A stretch of DNA of 35,915 bases from Gemmatimonadales bacterium (GCA_036004745.1 DASYRD010000121.1:1-35915); one strand, 5' to 3'; numbered from the stretch's first letter, positions 1 to 9,556 are shown. Notes: a model not told the origin generated them from the sequence alone. Program-made: numbers and translations.

Positions 1-325
<325 letters not shown>

Positions 326-383
326 TTGGCGGCCCGATTCCGATATCCCTCCTGAAAGCCCCAACACCGTTCAGGAGGATTCC

Positions 384-1841
384 ATGCATTCGCCCGTCCG
401 GGTCCCGCTCGTGCTCGTTGCCCTGCTCGCCACCTTCGCGGTCCCGGCCTGCACGCCCGACGATCCATCGCCCCTATCGGCCCCTATGGCCGATCGGACC
501 GCCCTGCAGCAGTTCAAGACTGACAACGCGACTGGCCAGATGGCCACGGTGTCGACGAACGGCGCCATCGATCTCGGCAATGCGTTCTTCCAGAGCCTCG
601 GCACGAATGGCCGGAGCTGCGGCACCTGTCACCTACAGTCCGATGGATGGGGCTTGAGCGCCGCGGCGACGCAGGCGGTGTTCGCGAGCAGGGGCCTCAC
701 GGACCCTTTGTTCGCGGCCGTGGACGGCGCGAACTGTCCTTCAGTCACACCGGCGGCTGGAGCCTCCGGCTATAGTCTGATGATCAGCCATGCCCTCGTC
801 CGCGTCGGCTTGACGGTCCCCGCGGGTGCGGAGTTCACGATCGCGCCCGTCCGCGATCCGTACGGATGCGCCTTGCAGGGGACGCCGGCCGTCGCGTCGG
901 TGTACCGCCGCCCTCTCCCCACGACGAACCTGCGCTTCTTGAGCGCGGTGATGTTCGACGGGCGGGAAACGCTTCAACCGCTGACGAGCGGCGCCACGTT
1001 GATAGCAAACCTGCGGACGAACCTTGCCCATCAAGCGATGGACGCCACGCTAGGCCACGCCCAGGCGGCACTGTCGCCCACGGCGGCGCAGCAGAACGCG
1101 ATCGTCGATTTCGAGTTGGCCCTCTTCTCGGCGCAACGGTCCGATAATGACGCGGGCGTGCTCAACGCCCAGGGAGCACAGGGCGGGCCCGACGCCCTCA
1201 CGACCCAGGCGTACTTCCCAGGGATCAACGATCCGCTCGGCGGAAATCCCACGGGAGCCGCGTTCGATCCCAAGGGCTTCACGATCTATGCGCCGTGGGA
1301 AAGTCAGAGCAGCTCGGCGCGGCAAGCCGTGGCACGGGGCCAGCTGGTCTTCAACACGCACGCACTTTCGATCACCAATGTGGCCGGACTGAACGATGCC
1401 CTCGGTGCCCCGACGATCAACGGGACCTGCACGACGTGCCACGATACGCCCAACGTCGGCAACCATTCGCTGCCGGTCCCGCTCGATATCGGCACCAGTC
1501 ACGTGGCATCGCTCGAGCCGGACGGGCAGATCGCCGCTGCGCTCGCGCAGCTGAGCATGCCGGAGGTGCCGGTCTTCCAGGTGACATGCACGACGGGCGC
1601 GTTGGCGGGAACCGTGAAATACACCTCCGACCCCGGCCGCGCGTTGATCACAGGGCGTTGCGCGGACGTGAATCGCATCAAGGGACCGATTCTCCGCGGG
1701 CTGGCGTCACGCGCCCCGTTCTTCCACAACGGCGCCGCCGCGAGCCTGGCGCAGGTGGTAGAGTTCTACAACCTGCGGTTCCAGATGAACCTGAGCGCGC
1801 AAGACAAGAGCGACCTCGTCGCGTTCCTGCGGTCGCTATAG
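384..1841 (+). CDS. Di-haem cytochrome c peroxidase-like lipoprotein (CCP/MauG or DUF1111-type), periplasmic
   Basis: ATG at 384 is preceded by AGGAGG at 373-378. The signal peptide MHSPVRVPLVLVALLATFAVPAC carries a lipobox cysteine. There are two CxxCH haem-binding motifs (GRSCGTCH, NGTCTTCHDTPN) and a C-terminal FFHNGAAASLAQVVEFY motif as found in bacterial di-haem peroxidases. Confidence 0.75.
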   Translation: MHSPVRVPLVLVALLATFAVPACTPDDPSPLSAPMADRTALQQFKTDNATGQMATVSTNGAIDLGNAFFQSLGTNGRSCGTCHLQSDGWGLSAAATQAVFASRGLTDPLFAAVDGANCPSVTPAAGASGYSLMISHALVRVGLTVPAGAEFTIAPVRDPYGCALQGTPAVASVYRRPLPTTNLRFLSAVMFDGRETLQPLTSGATLIANLRTNLAHQAMDATLGHAQAALSPTAAQQNAIVDFELALFSAQRSDNDAGVLNAQGAQGGPDALTTQAYFPGINDPLGGNPTGAAFDPKGFTIYAPWESQSSSARQAVARGQLVFNTHALSITNVAGLNDALGAPTINGTCTTCHDTPNVGNHSLPVPLDIGTSHVASLEPDGQIAAALAQLSMPEVPVFQVTCTTGALAGTVKYTSDPGRALITGRCADVNRIKGPILRGLASRAPFFHNGAAASLAQVVEFYNLRFQMNLSAQDKSDLVAFLRSL

Positions 1842-1887
1842 GGGACGCCAAGCTGTAGCCCACCCCCTGGCCCCGAGTATTCACAAC

Positions 1888-1908
1888 GGCGAGCGTACTT
1901 GGCTCGCC
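1888..1908. terminator. Weak hairpin between convergent genes (possible bidirectional terminator)
   Basis: Perfect 7-bp inverted repeat ggcgagc-gtacttg-gctcgcc with no convincing U-tract. It lies between the stop codons at 1841 (+) and 1996 (-). Confidence 0.2.
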
Positions 1909-1995
1909 GTTGCCTATGTCGGGGAGGATCATTCGTCGCCTAGGTGAGACCACCTCACGGGACTAGGGACATGGCTACCTAATGGGATGATGCGC

Positions 1996-3873
1996 TCAGG
2001 CGCCGAGCAGCTGCTGCACCGCGCGATCCGCTTCGCGAATCGAGTTCCGATGATCGCTGGCCCCGGCGAGGTCTGTATTCGCAAACGCGATCCGGCCGTG
2101 CGGACGATTCCGCAGGATGTCCCGCGGCGCGGGTTGGCCATTCGTGCCGAAGAAGAACCCCGGCTGCGGATTTACGTACGCGTGACCCCAGCGATTGAGG
2201 ATGATGCCGGCGATGTCCCGGCGCGGATCGAATCCGCCCGGCGCGAACATGTCGGCGAGCTGCTCGCGAAACGCGCGCTCGTACTGCGCGAACGAGGTGC
2301 CCAGCAGCTGCGCGCGGCCGCGGCTCCCCTGCTCCGCGATCGAAAGACCGGGCTGCGCGAAGAGGACCTTGATCGTCAGCACGGTGGGTGAATCCGGGTC
2401 GATGGTGCGGGGCCCGCCGCCGATGAGGGCCATTCGTCGGACCGAGAGGTAGTCGCCGAGTCCGCCGAACCAGCGACACCCGGACATTCCCATGTCGTAG
2501 AGGAAGCGCCAGTTGCGGACCGCGATGTTCGCCATGAGGCACGGCGATCGATAGAACTGCGCGTACGCGTCGCGATGACTGCCGGGGAGGTCATGCACGA
2601 TGTGCTTCGCCGTCCAGCTGCCGCCCGCGACCACGACCGCGCGGGCGCTCACCTTGTAAAGCCGGTTCCCCTTCGCATACGTGACCACCACGTGCGGGGC
2701 GTTGGCCGGATCCCCGACGTGCTCGACGCGAATTACCGTGGCTTTCAGCCGAATCCGCGTCGGCTGCCCGGGGCGATCAAGCGCCCGGAAGTTCACCCGA
2801 TTCTGCCAGACGGCATCGACCGTACGCGGACCGGCGAAGGCGTTGGGGATGAGCGTCTTCACCATCAGGCGCGCGAACCCACTGTTGCCGTCCGGGAACA
2901 GCTGGTCACCCAGCTCATCGTCGCCATCCTCGGGGAACTGGTTCTCGATCGCATAGTTGCAATACGCCGACAACACGTCCGGACCGAGCCCATAGCCACC
3001 GCCTTCGATGGGCGACAAGAACGCTCGCACCGTCTCCCGGCTGATGCCGTATCGCGCCATCAGATGGTCTTCGAGCGTGATGGAGTCGAGCGCTCGTGAA
3101 ATGGCGTCGCCTTCGGCCTGCGGCTCTGCAAAGGCGACGTGGTTTGTCCTCCACCGCAGCAACTCCGCCTTCGTCGCCTCACTGATCGGCGCGCCCTCGA
3201 GCTTCCGTCTCCACGGATCCATTACCCACACGCCCGGTCGCTGGCCGAACGCGGGGCCGAAGTAGAAGCCGTAGTTCGCCGGTGTGTCGTACGGCGAGTG
3301 CGCAAGCGGCATCTCGGGCGCGGGGCCGCGCCACGTCTGGTAGTTGAACGCGGAGCGATCCATGCCGATCATCTGGTAGAAGCGGTCGGTATAACCGCCT
3401 CGCTGTGGCACGAGGAAAATCGCCGAGCCTTGGTGCGCGACGAGTCGTTGTCCGTCGACGGCGAACTCGTTGCGCTTCGCCTCACCGCCGAAGATCGAGT
3501 GGTTGTCGATGACGAGGCAGCGCCCGTCCTTGTGTTGCGCGAAGAAGATCGCCGCGGCGAGTCCGCTGATTCCCCCACCGACCGCGACGAGGTCGTACAT
3601 CTCACCGGTGTCGATCGCGGTGGCGACGCGCCGCTCGAACGTGCCGTCGCGCAGCGCATGGCCGGCGCTCAGCACATCCCAGGTGTTGCCGTTCGCGTGG
3701 CTGTAGTCGCCGATGCCGCCGTAGCCGTCGAACGCGTCGGCGGGGGAGATCGATGGCGCCTTCCCTGGGAGGAGCAGTCCGGCGCCGGCGAGGAGTGTGC
3801 CGTTGAGAAAGTCGCGACGGGTGATACGCTGATCCAGGCCGAGGCGGTCGCCCATGCCGAAGGCTACCGCCAA
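1996..3873 (-). CDS. Tat-exported FAD/NAD(P)-binding oxidoreductase (amine oxidase / spermidine-dehydrogenase-like)
   Basis: Twin-arginine signal QRITRRDFLNGTLLAGAGLLLPG. Rossmann dinucleotide motif YDLVAVGGGISGLAAAIFF. The product is about 620 aa. Start is either TTG at 3873 or ATG at 3855. Stop TGA is at 1996-1998. Confidence 0.75.
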   Translation of the reverse strand: MAVAFGMGDRLGLDQRITRRDFLNGTLLAGAGLLLPGKAPSISPADAFDGYGGIGDYSHANGNTWDVLSAGHALRDGTFERRVATAIDTGEMYDLVAVGGGISGLAAAIFFAQHKDGRCLVIDNHSIFGGEAKRNEFAVDGQRLVAHQGSAIFLVPQRGGYTDRFYQMIGMDRSAFNYQTWRGPAPEMPLAHSPYDTPANYGFYFGPAFGQRPGVWVMDPWRRKLEGAPISEATKAELLRWRTNHVAFAEPQAEGDAISRALDSITLEDHLMARYGISRETVRAFLSPIEGGGYGLGPDVLSAYCNYAIENQFPEDGDDELGDQLFPDGNSGFARLMVKTLIPNAFAGPRTVDAVWQNRVNFRALDRPGQPTRIRLKATVIRVEHVGDPANAPHVVVTYAKGNRLYKVSARAVVVAGGSWTAKHIVHDLPGSHRDAYAQFYRSPCLMANIAVRNWRFLYDMGMSGCRWFGGLGDYLSVRRMALIGGGPRTIDPDSPTVLTIKVLFAQPGLSIAEQGSRGRAQLLGTSFAQYERAFREQLADMFAPGGFDPRRDIAGIILNRWGHAYVNPQPGFFFGTNGQPAPRDILRNRPHGRIAFANTDLAGASDHRNSIREADRAVQQLLGA

Positions 3874-4057
3874 CCCGATTCAGCGTCAAAATTGTTGGAT
3901 CCTTAGCGAGGGCTCGGGCCTGTCGGCGGTGCTGTTGTTCGTGTTCGCGCGGGCAGCAGCCCGTCGTGAGGCTCCGTATCAGCCTGTGACATGACCTGAC
4001 CCACCTGTTGGATCGGTGCGACATGTTACTTAGGCGCGGGCACCCGCGTCTTTACTC

Positions 4058-5086
4058 ATGCGCGCCACCGACGTCACCGTCATCGTACCCGCCTTCAACG
4101 AGGCGGCGAGCGTCGCCGACACGATCCGCAGCCTCCAGACACAGACGGCGCCCCCGCGCCAGATCATTGTCGTGGACGACTGCTCCACCGACGGCACCGG
4201 CGATGTGGCCCGCGCGCTCGGCGTCAGCGTGGTTCGGCCCCCTGAGAACACCGGGTCGAAAGCCGGTGCCCAGACGTTCGCCCTTCGATATGTCCGCACG
4301 CCGCTCACGATCGCGGTGGATGCCGACACGGTGCTCGCCCCGGACGCGATCGCACGGCTCTTGCCGGCGTTCGAGCGGCCCCGCGTCGCCGCGGCATGTG
4401 GGTTCGTGGTGCCACGGAAGGTCCGCACCCTGTGGGAGCGCGGGCGGTACATCGAGTACCTGTTCGCCTTCACATATTACAAGCGCGTTCAGGATTACTA
4501 CGGAAAGCCGCTGATCTCGTCGGGGTGCTTCTCGATGTATCGCACGGAAGTGCTGCGCGCCCAGGGCGGTTGGTCCAACCGCACGCTGGCCGAAGACATG
4601 GACCTGACGTGGCAGCTCTACGGGGCCGGCTACGAAGTGCGCTTTATCCCGGACGCCGTCTGTTATCCGATCGAGCCTCACAACTTTCGCCTCATGCGCA
4701 CGCAACTACGCCGCTGGTCGCACGGCTTCGTCCAGAACGTCAAGCTGCACTGGCGCGACCTCCTCGCGGTGCCGTACCTGCGCTCGACGGTGGCGGTGGC
4801 GTTCTGGGACGCCACCATCGCCGCGGCGGTGTACCTCGTCGCCCTGCCGGTGCTCGCGCTGCTGCTCGCCAGCCCGTGGGTGCTGCTCGGCTACGTGATC
4901 GACGCTCCGGCGGTGCTTGTCCCCGTGCTCGCCGGTGCCGCCCCGCGCCGGGAGATCGGCCGCGCGCTCGCGAGCGCTCCCGCGTTCTTTGTGCTGCGCA
5001 CCGTCAATGCGCTTTGCTTCCTGCGCGCGGTGATAGCGGAACTCTTCCTCGGCCGGACCTTCCGCCGATACGAGAAGGGACATTGA
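4058..5086 (+). CDS. Processive family-2 glycosyltransferase (PgaC/BcsA/chitin-synthase-like), membrane-bound
   Basis: GT-A fold N-terminus VIVPAFNEA...IIVVDDCSTDGT, a DAD motif (IAVDADTVL) and the QxxRW motif (QLRRWSHG). Hydrophobic C-terminal transmembrane helices follow the catalytic core. Confidence 0.85.
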   Translation: MRATDVTVIVPAFNEAASVADTIRSLQTQTAPPRQIIVVDDCSTDGTGDVARALGVSVVRPPENTGSKAGAQTFALRYVRTPLTIAVDADTVLAPDAIARLLPAFERPRVAAACGFVVPRKVRTLWERGRYIEYLFAFTYYKRVQDYYGKPLISSGCFSMYRTEVLRAQGGWSNRTLAEDMDLTWQLYGAGYEVRFIPDAVCYPIEPHNFRLMRTQLRRWSHGFVQNVKLHWRDLLAVPYLRSTVAVAFWDATIAAAVYLVALPVLALLLASPWVLLGYVIDAPAVLVPVLAGAAPRREIGRALASAPAFFVLRTVNALCFLRAVIAELFLGRTFRRYEKGH

Positions 5087-5087
5087 C

Positions 5088-6839
5088 GTGACGGCCGGAC
5101 TACCAGGGACGGGAATCGGCGGGATGTTCTACCTCGCGAGCGCACTCGCGATGCCGCTGCGCGAGGCGTACCTGCGGCTGCGCAAGCGCTCGGCCGGCGG
5201 GTGGCGGACTGTCTTGCCGCAGTTCGCTATCGCGAGCGGAATCCTCGGGGGGATCTGGACGATCGGTTGGCTGCTCGGCCGCGTCCTCGCCGCGGCGCGG
5301 CCCCTGGTGGGCGTCGGCGTGACGCTCCCTCCCATACACGTGCTCGGCCGCGTGAGTATTGGGCTCGCGTTCGGCACGCTCGCCCTGGTGCTGGGCGGCG
5401 TCGAGGTGCTGCGGCTGTTCGTGCATCCCCGCCCCGCCCTTCCCCGGCAGGCGGCGCTTGACGCCGATCGAGAGCCGTTGCCCCTCCCCGAGGAGCGCGC
5501 GGCGCGCGAGTGGCATCGGGCGGCGTTGCTGCTCGCGCTTGGCCTCGCGGTTGGCACTCGCGCACTGGCGCAAAGCGTTGACCCGCACCTGGCGCGCGCG
5601 GACTCCGCCTGGGGCGCGGGAGATTCGGCGCTCGCCGCCCGGGAGTTCGCGGCTGTTCTGGCCGGAGATCCTTACAACTCTCACGCGACATTTCGCCTTG
5701 CCCAGCTCACGCGCGATAACCCGGCAGAGGCGTTGCGCCTGTTCCGGCGCTACGTCGAGCTCGAGCCGACCGACGCCTGGGGCTACCTGGCGGTGGCCGA
5801 TGCATTGGCGAAAGCCGGCCAGTACGGGAACGCGGTGGACTGGTACGACCGCGCGCTGAGCGTCGCGCCCGAGGAGCCGGAGGCGATCGCCGGCCGGTCT
5901 CGCGCGCTCGCGCGGGCACGGCTCGCGGCACCGGCTATCACGCCGCTCGTAGGCAGGACTCGCGACTCGGACGGGAACACGACCGAGCGGCTGGGCGCCA
6001 GCGTTGAGCTCGGCGAGCTCCGCCACCTGCGTTTCGGCGTGGAAGCTGCGCGGGATCGCATAAGCGACGGCGTCACCAGGGCGGAACTCCAACAGCTCGC
6101 GCTGCGGGCGCGATGGCGCCCACGTCCCGGGACAAGCCTCGACGTCGCCGCCGGCGGGACCCGGCTCGACTCGATCGCTTTTGGAGGGAGCGTCACGGTA
6201 ATGCCCACAGGCCGAGTGCGCGCTCGCTGGCGCTCGTCCGCTCATGGGCCAGCGCTCGACGTGCGCGCGCAGCGCGGCGTCGTCGCCGCGAGCCCGCAGC
6301 TCGTGGCAAACCGTGTCGTGCGAACAGAGCTCGGCGTCGTGGGGGAGCTCCCGTTTGCACGCTCACTGAAGCTGCGCGGCATTGGCCGCAATGCGGCGCT
6401 GCGCGACTCGTCGGACGTGAACCATCGCACGACGCTTGGTGGCATCGTCGCGGCCCAGCTGTCGCCCGTCGTTGAGGTGTCTGGGGGGATTCATCAGATC
6501 CGTTACGCACACGCCACCACGGCGGGTTACTTCGCGCCCCGTCTTATTCAAATCGTGGAGGCGGGAACCTACTTGGAGCTCGAGAGTGACGGCGGCTGGT
6601 TGCTCAGCTTAGATGCGGGCGCGGGAGCGCAGCGCGTAGCGGACCAGGGAGGGCCGGTGGGCCCGTGGAGCCACGCGTTGCGAGGGTATGCACTCATCGT
6701 GGCGCCGCTCACGGCGGGAGGGGGCCGCGCGCTGCAGCTGGAGCTGGAAGGAGAGGACTCGGCGGTGGCGCGCGAAGCGGTGACGGCCGGTCAGTGGCGG
6801 TACGGCTCGGTGGCGCTGTCGCTCCGCTGGGCGCTGTAG
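5088..6839 (+). CDS. Exopolysaccharide export protein: N-terminal transmembrane segment + TPR repeats + C-terminal outer-membrane beta-barrel (PgaA/BcsC-like); possibly two fused or mis-joined genes
   Basis: GTG start 1 nt after the GT2 stop. Residues 1-140 are hydrophobic helices. Residues 143-164 look like a signal peptide (AALLLALGLAVGTRALAQS). Residues ~170-290 are TPR-like (AWGYLAVADALAKAGQYGNAVDWYDRAL). Residues ~300-583 have an alternating hydrophobic pattern typical of beta-strands (YLELESD, WLLSLDAGAG, YALIVAPL, LQLELEG, SVALSLRWAL). Confidence 0.7.
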   Translation: MTAGLPGTGIGGMFYLASALAMPLREAYLRLRKRSAGGWRTVLPQFAIASGILGGIWTIGWLLGRVLAAARPLVGVGVTLPPIHVLGRVSIGLAFGTLALVLGGVEVLRLFVHPRPALPRQAALDADREPLPLPEERAAREWHRAALLLALGLAVGTRALAQSVDPHLARADSAWGAGDSALAAREFAAVLAGDPYNSHATFRLAQLTRDNPAEALRLFRRYVELEPTDAWGYLAVADALAKAGQYGNAVDWYDRALSVAPEEPEAIAGRSRALARARLAAPAITPLVGRTRDSDGNTTERLGASVELGELRHLRFGVEAARDRISDGVTRAELQQLALRARWRPRPGTSLDVAAGGTRLDSIAFGGSVTVMPTGRVRARWRSSAHGPALDVRAQRGVVAASPQLVANRVVRTELGVVGELPFARSLKLRGIGRNAALRDSSDVNHRTTLGGIVAAQLSPVVEVSGGIHQIRYAHATTAGYFAPRLIQIVEAGTYLELESDGGWLLSLDAGAGAQRVADQGGPVGPWSHALRGYALIVAPLTAGGGRALQLELEGEDSAVAREAVTAGQWRYGSVALSLRWAL

Positions 6840-6875
6840 ATAACCCTCCAGAGCTTTCGGTGATACGATTGCTCC

Positions 6876-7832
6876 ATGCGCGACATCCGTGTAGCGACCG
6901 TCCAGTTTCAGCACGCTCCTGGCGACAAGGCGTACAACCTCGGCCGCATCCGCCACTTCGTGACGGAGGCCAAGCGCGCGAAGGTGGAGCTGATCGCGTT
7001 CCCCGAGATGTGTCTCACGGGCTACTGGCACGTGCGCAAGCTGTCGCGCGCGGCCTTCGAAGTCCTGGCCGAACCGGTTCCCGACGGGCCGTCCACGCGG
7101 GACCTCTTGAACCTGTCCCGGCAGCACGGGATGACGATCGGCGCGGGGCTCTTGGAGCGCGCGCCCGATGGCAGCGTCTACAACGCGTACGTCGTCGCGA
7201 TGCCGGATGGGAAATGGGCGGTCCACCGCAAGCTGCACGTGTTCGAGCACCTGAACATTGTCGCTGGAAACCGCTACACCGTCTTCGACACACCGCACGG
7301 CAGCCGCGTGGGGGTGCTGATCTGTTACGACAACAACATCGTCGAGAACGCCCGCGCCACCGCGCTGCTCGGCGCCGAGGTCCTGCTCGCGCCGCACCAG
7401 ACGGGCGGGTGCAATTCCGTGAGTCCGCGCGGCATGAAGCCGATCGATCCCGCGATCTGGGCCCGTCGCAACGAGGACCCCGCGGCCTGCGAGGCGGAGC
7501 TGTGCGGCCCCAAGGGGAGAGGCTGGTTGATGCGCTGGCTGCCGAGTCGGGCGCACGACAACGGCATGTTTCTGCTGTTCTCGAACGGCATCGGACCCGA
7601 CGACGATGAGATCCGCACCGGCAACGCGATGGTGCTCGACCCTTATGGCGAGATCATTGCGGAGACGCGCGCGTTGGGGGACGACATGGTGCTGGCCGAT
7701 CTCGACGCGTCGGTGCTGCCCACGTCATCGGGGAGACGCTGGCTCAGGGCGCGGCGGCCCGACCTGTACGAGTCCCTGACGCGGCCCACAGGGCTGGAGC
7801 AGGAGACCCGCCGGGTGCGGTTCGGCGAGTGA
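6876..7832 (+). CDS. Carbon-nitrogen hydrolase (nitrilase superfamily amidase/nitrilase)
   Basis: Catalytic E-K-C triad signatures: AFPEMCLTGY, HRKLHVFE and VLICYDNNIVE. The product is 318 aa. Confidence 0.85.
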   Translation: MRDIRVATVQFQHAPGDKAYNLGRIRHFVTEAKRAKVELIAFPEMCLTGYWHVRKLSRAAFEVLAEPVPDGPSTRDLLNLSRQHGMTIGAGLLERAPDGSVYNAYVVAMPDGKWAVHRKLHVFEHLNIVAGNRYTVFDTPHGSRVGVLICYDNNIVENARATALLGAEVLLAPHQTGGCNSVSPRGMKPIDPAIWARRNEDPAACEAELCGPKGRGWLMRWLPSRAHDNGMFLLFSNGIGPDDDEIRTGNAMVLDPYGEIIAETRALGDDMVLADLDASVLPTSSGRRWLRARRPDLYESLTRPTGLEQETRRVRFGE

Positions 7833-7834
7833 GC

Positions 7835-7860
7835 GTCGCTTGACGAAGCGACCGCCCTTT
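7835..7860 (+). terminator. Putative intrinsic terminator after the CN-hydrolase gene
   Basis: 7-bp stem gtcgctt-gacg-aagcgac followed by cgcccttt, lying 3 nt after the stop codon. Confidence 0.35.
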
Positions 7861-7995
7861 GCCATCGTTCCAGCGCGCTCGGGGCGCACGCGGGTCCGCG
7901 CGAAGGACTGAGTCCACCCCACCCGATCGAGTGATTGCTCGGTTGTCTCCCTGCTGGCCGGCTTGCGGACCGCCGGCGTTCAGCATGGAGGCTTT

Positions 7996-9471
7996 ATGGC
8001 AGCCAAGCAGCTCCCCCCTCGTCCCAATCTCGACCAGCTCAAACGCCAGGCGAAGGAGCTCCTCCAAGCGGGTAAGGCGCACGCCCTGCACGATGCGCAA
8101 ACGCTGCTCGCGCGCGAGTACGGGTTCCCCTCCTGGAACGCACTGCACGATCACGTCGAAGCGGTGACGCTCGAGTTCGACGCCGCCTTGGCCGAATTCC
8201 TGGAAGCGGCCACCGACGGCCGCCGCGATCGCGCCGAACGCATGCTCGCTCTCTACCCGAAGATCGCAACGGCCAACCTCCACACCGCCCTTGTGCTGGG
8301 CGACTCGGCGCGCGTGGACGCGCGGCTCGACCAGAACCCGTCACTCGCCACGAAGCCGGGCGGACCGCGCGGCTGGGAGCCGATTCATTATGTCTGCTAC
8401 ACGGCGCTGGGGTCTCGGGCAGGTGATCTTGCCGCCATCGCGCGCCGCCTCATACGCCTCGGCGTCGATCCGAACACGCGGTTCCCTTGGGTGCATCACA
8501 ACGTGCGCCGGCCGGTCCTGTGGGGCGCATCGCGTCACGTGCAGTCCCTGCCGCTCGTCAACGCATTGCTCGATGCCGGCGCCGACCCCAACGACGGCGT
8601 CACCCTGCCCCTCGCCGCCAGCGCCGGCGACCTCCCGGTCCTGGAGGCGCTGCGCGCCCACGGCGCCAACGTGAATCAGGCATGGGCCAGCGATGGCGCG
8701 ACGTCGCTGTATGCGATTCTCCATTGGAGTCGCACGGCCGACGGCGTGATGTGGCTGCTCCAACACGGCGCCGATCCGAACGCCGTGTTCGCGGAAAATG
8801 GCGAAACACCCCTGCACGTGGTGGCGCGCGCGTGGGATGTGCCGCTCGCCGAGGCGATGGTCGCGCAGGGGGCCGAGATCGGGCGCCGGCGCGCCGACGG
8901 CCGGACGCCGTACGCGGTCGCCGAGCTGAATGGCAACCGCGCGGTGGCGGATTGGCTGCTCGAGCATGGTGCGTCACCCGAGCTGTCCGAGCTCGACCGC
9001 CTCGTCGGGGCGTGCAGTCGCGGCGATCGCGCGGCGGCGGCGGCGCTCCTCGCGAAGAATCCGAGCTTGCGTAATGAGATCACCGACGACCACTACATCG
9101 CGTTGCACCAAGCGGCCGAGCGCGGGGATGTGCGGGCACTCGAGGTGATGCTGGCATGCGGGTTCGACCCGAACCGCCCCGACGTGGGGATCGGAAAGAC
9201 GGCGCTGCATTCGGCGGCGATGGAGGGCTGGCCCGACGCGGTGCGGGTCCTCCTGGCGCATGGCGCGTCGGTGCACGTGCGCGACCGGGAGTTCAATGGA
9301 CAGCCGCTGGTCTGGGCGGCGGAGGGATCACGGCAAGGGCGGGAGGGACGGGACTTCGCTGCCGTAGGAAAACTGCTGCTCGACGCCGGCTCGCCGGTAG
9401 AGTGGGAGGCCGGGGCCGAGCCGGCAGAGGGCATCCTGGAGATCGTCGCGGCGTGGCGGCGGGGCGGATAG
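7996..9471 (+). CDS. Ankyrin-repeat protein with a conserved non-ankyrin N-terminal domain; cytoplasmic (no signal peptide)
   Basis: ATG at 7996 is preceded by GGAGG 4 nt upstream (the longer ORF from TTG at 7963 is less likely). The N-terminus reads LDQLKRQAKELLQAGKAHA...LLAREYGFPSWNALHDHVE. Multiple ANK repeats follow (TPLHVVARAWDVPLAEAMVAQGAEI, TALHSAAMEGWPDAVRVLLAHGASV, IALHQAAERGDVRALEVMLACGFDPN). Confidence 0.8.
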   Translation: MAAKQLPPRPNLDQLKRQAKELLQAGKAHALHDAQTLLAREYGFPSWNALHDHVEAVTLEFDAALAEFLEAATDGRRDRAERMLALYPKIATANLHTALVLGDSARVDARLDQNPSLATKPGGPRGWEPIHYVCYTALGSRAGDLAAIARRLIRLGVDPNTRFPWVHHNVRRPVLWGASRHVQSLPLVNALLDAGADPNDGVTLPLAASAGDLPVLEALRAHGANVNQAWASDGATSLYAILHWSRTADGVMWLLQHGADPNAVFAENGETPLHVVARAWDVPLAEAMVAQGAEIGRRRADGRTPYAVAELNGNRAVADWLLEHGASPELSELDRLVGACSRGDRAAAAALLAKNPSLRNEITDDHYIALHQAAERGDVRALEVMLACGFDPNRPDVGIGKTALHSAAMEGWPDAVRVLLAHGASVHVRDREFNGQPLVWAAEGSRQGREGRDFAAVGKLLLDAGSPVEWEAGAEPAEGILEIVAAWRRGG

Positions 9472-9556
9472 GAAATCGAGTTGCGGGACTCGAGAATCGC
9501 GGTCACTATCATCTCCAACTTGGACGCCTGACTCCAGATGTCGATCCCGGGCACCG

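Noticed and set aside
5100-6245. 381-aa minus-strand ORF opposite the TPR/beta-barrel gene, and a 166-aa plus ORF at 5359
   Set aside because: Low-complexity Arg/Pro/Ala-rich translations with no start context. They overlap a gene with recognisable TPR and barrel features.
6609-7609. Two ~315-aa ORFs (6609-7556 minus; 6665-7609 plus) overlapping the CN-hydrolase gene
   Set aside because: Arg/Ala/Gly-rich with no domain signatures. They overlap a well-supported gene with a catalytic triad. Typical alternative-frame ORFs of high-GC DNA.
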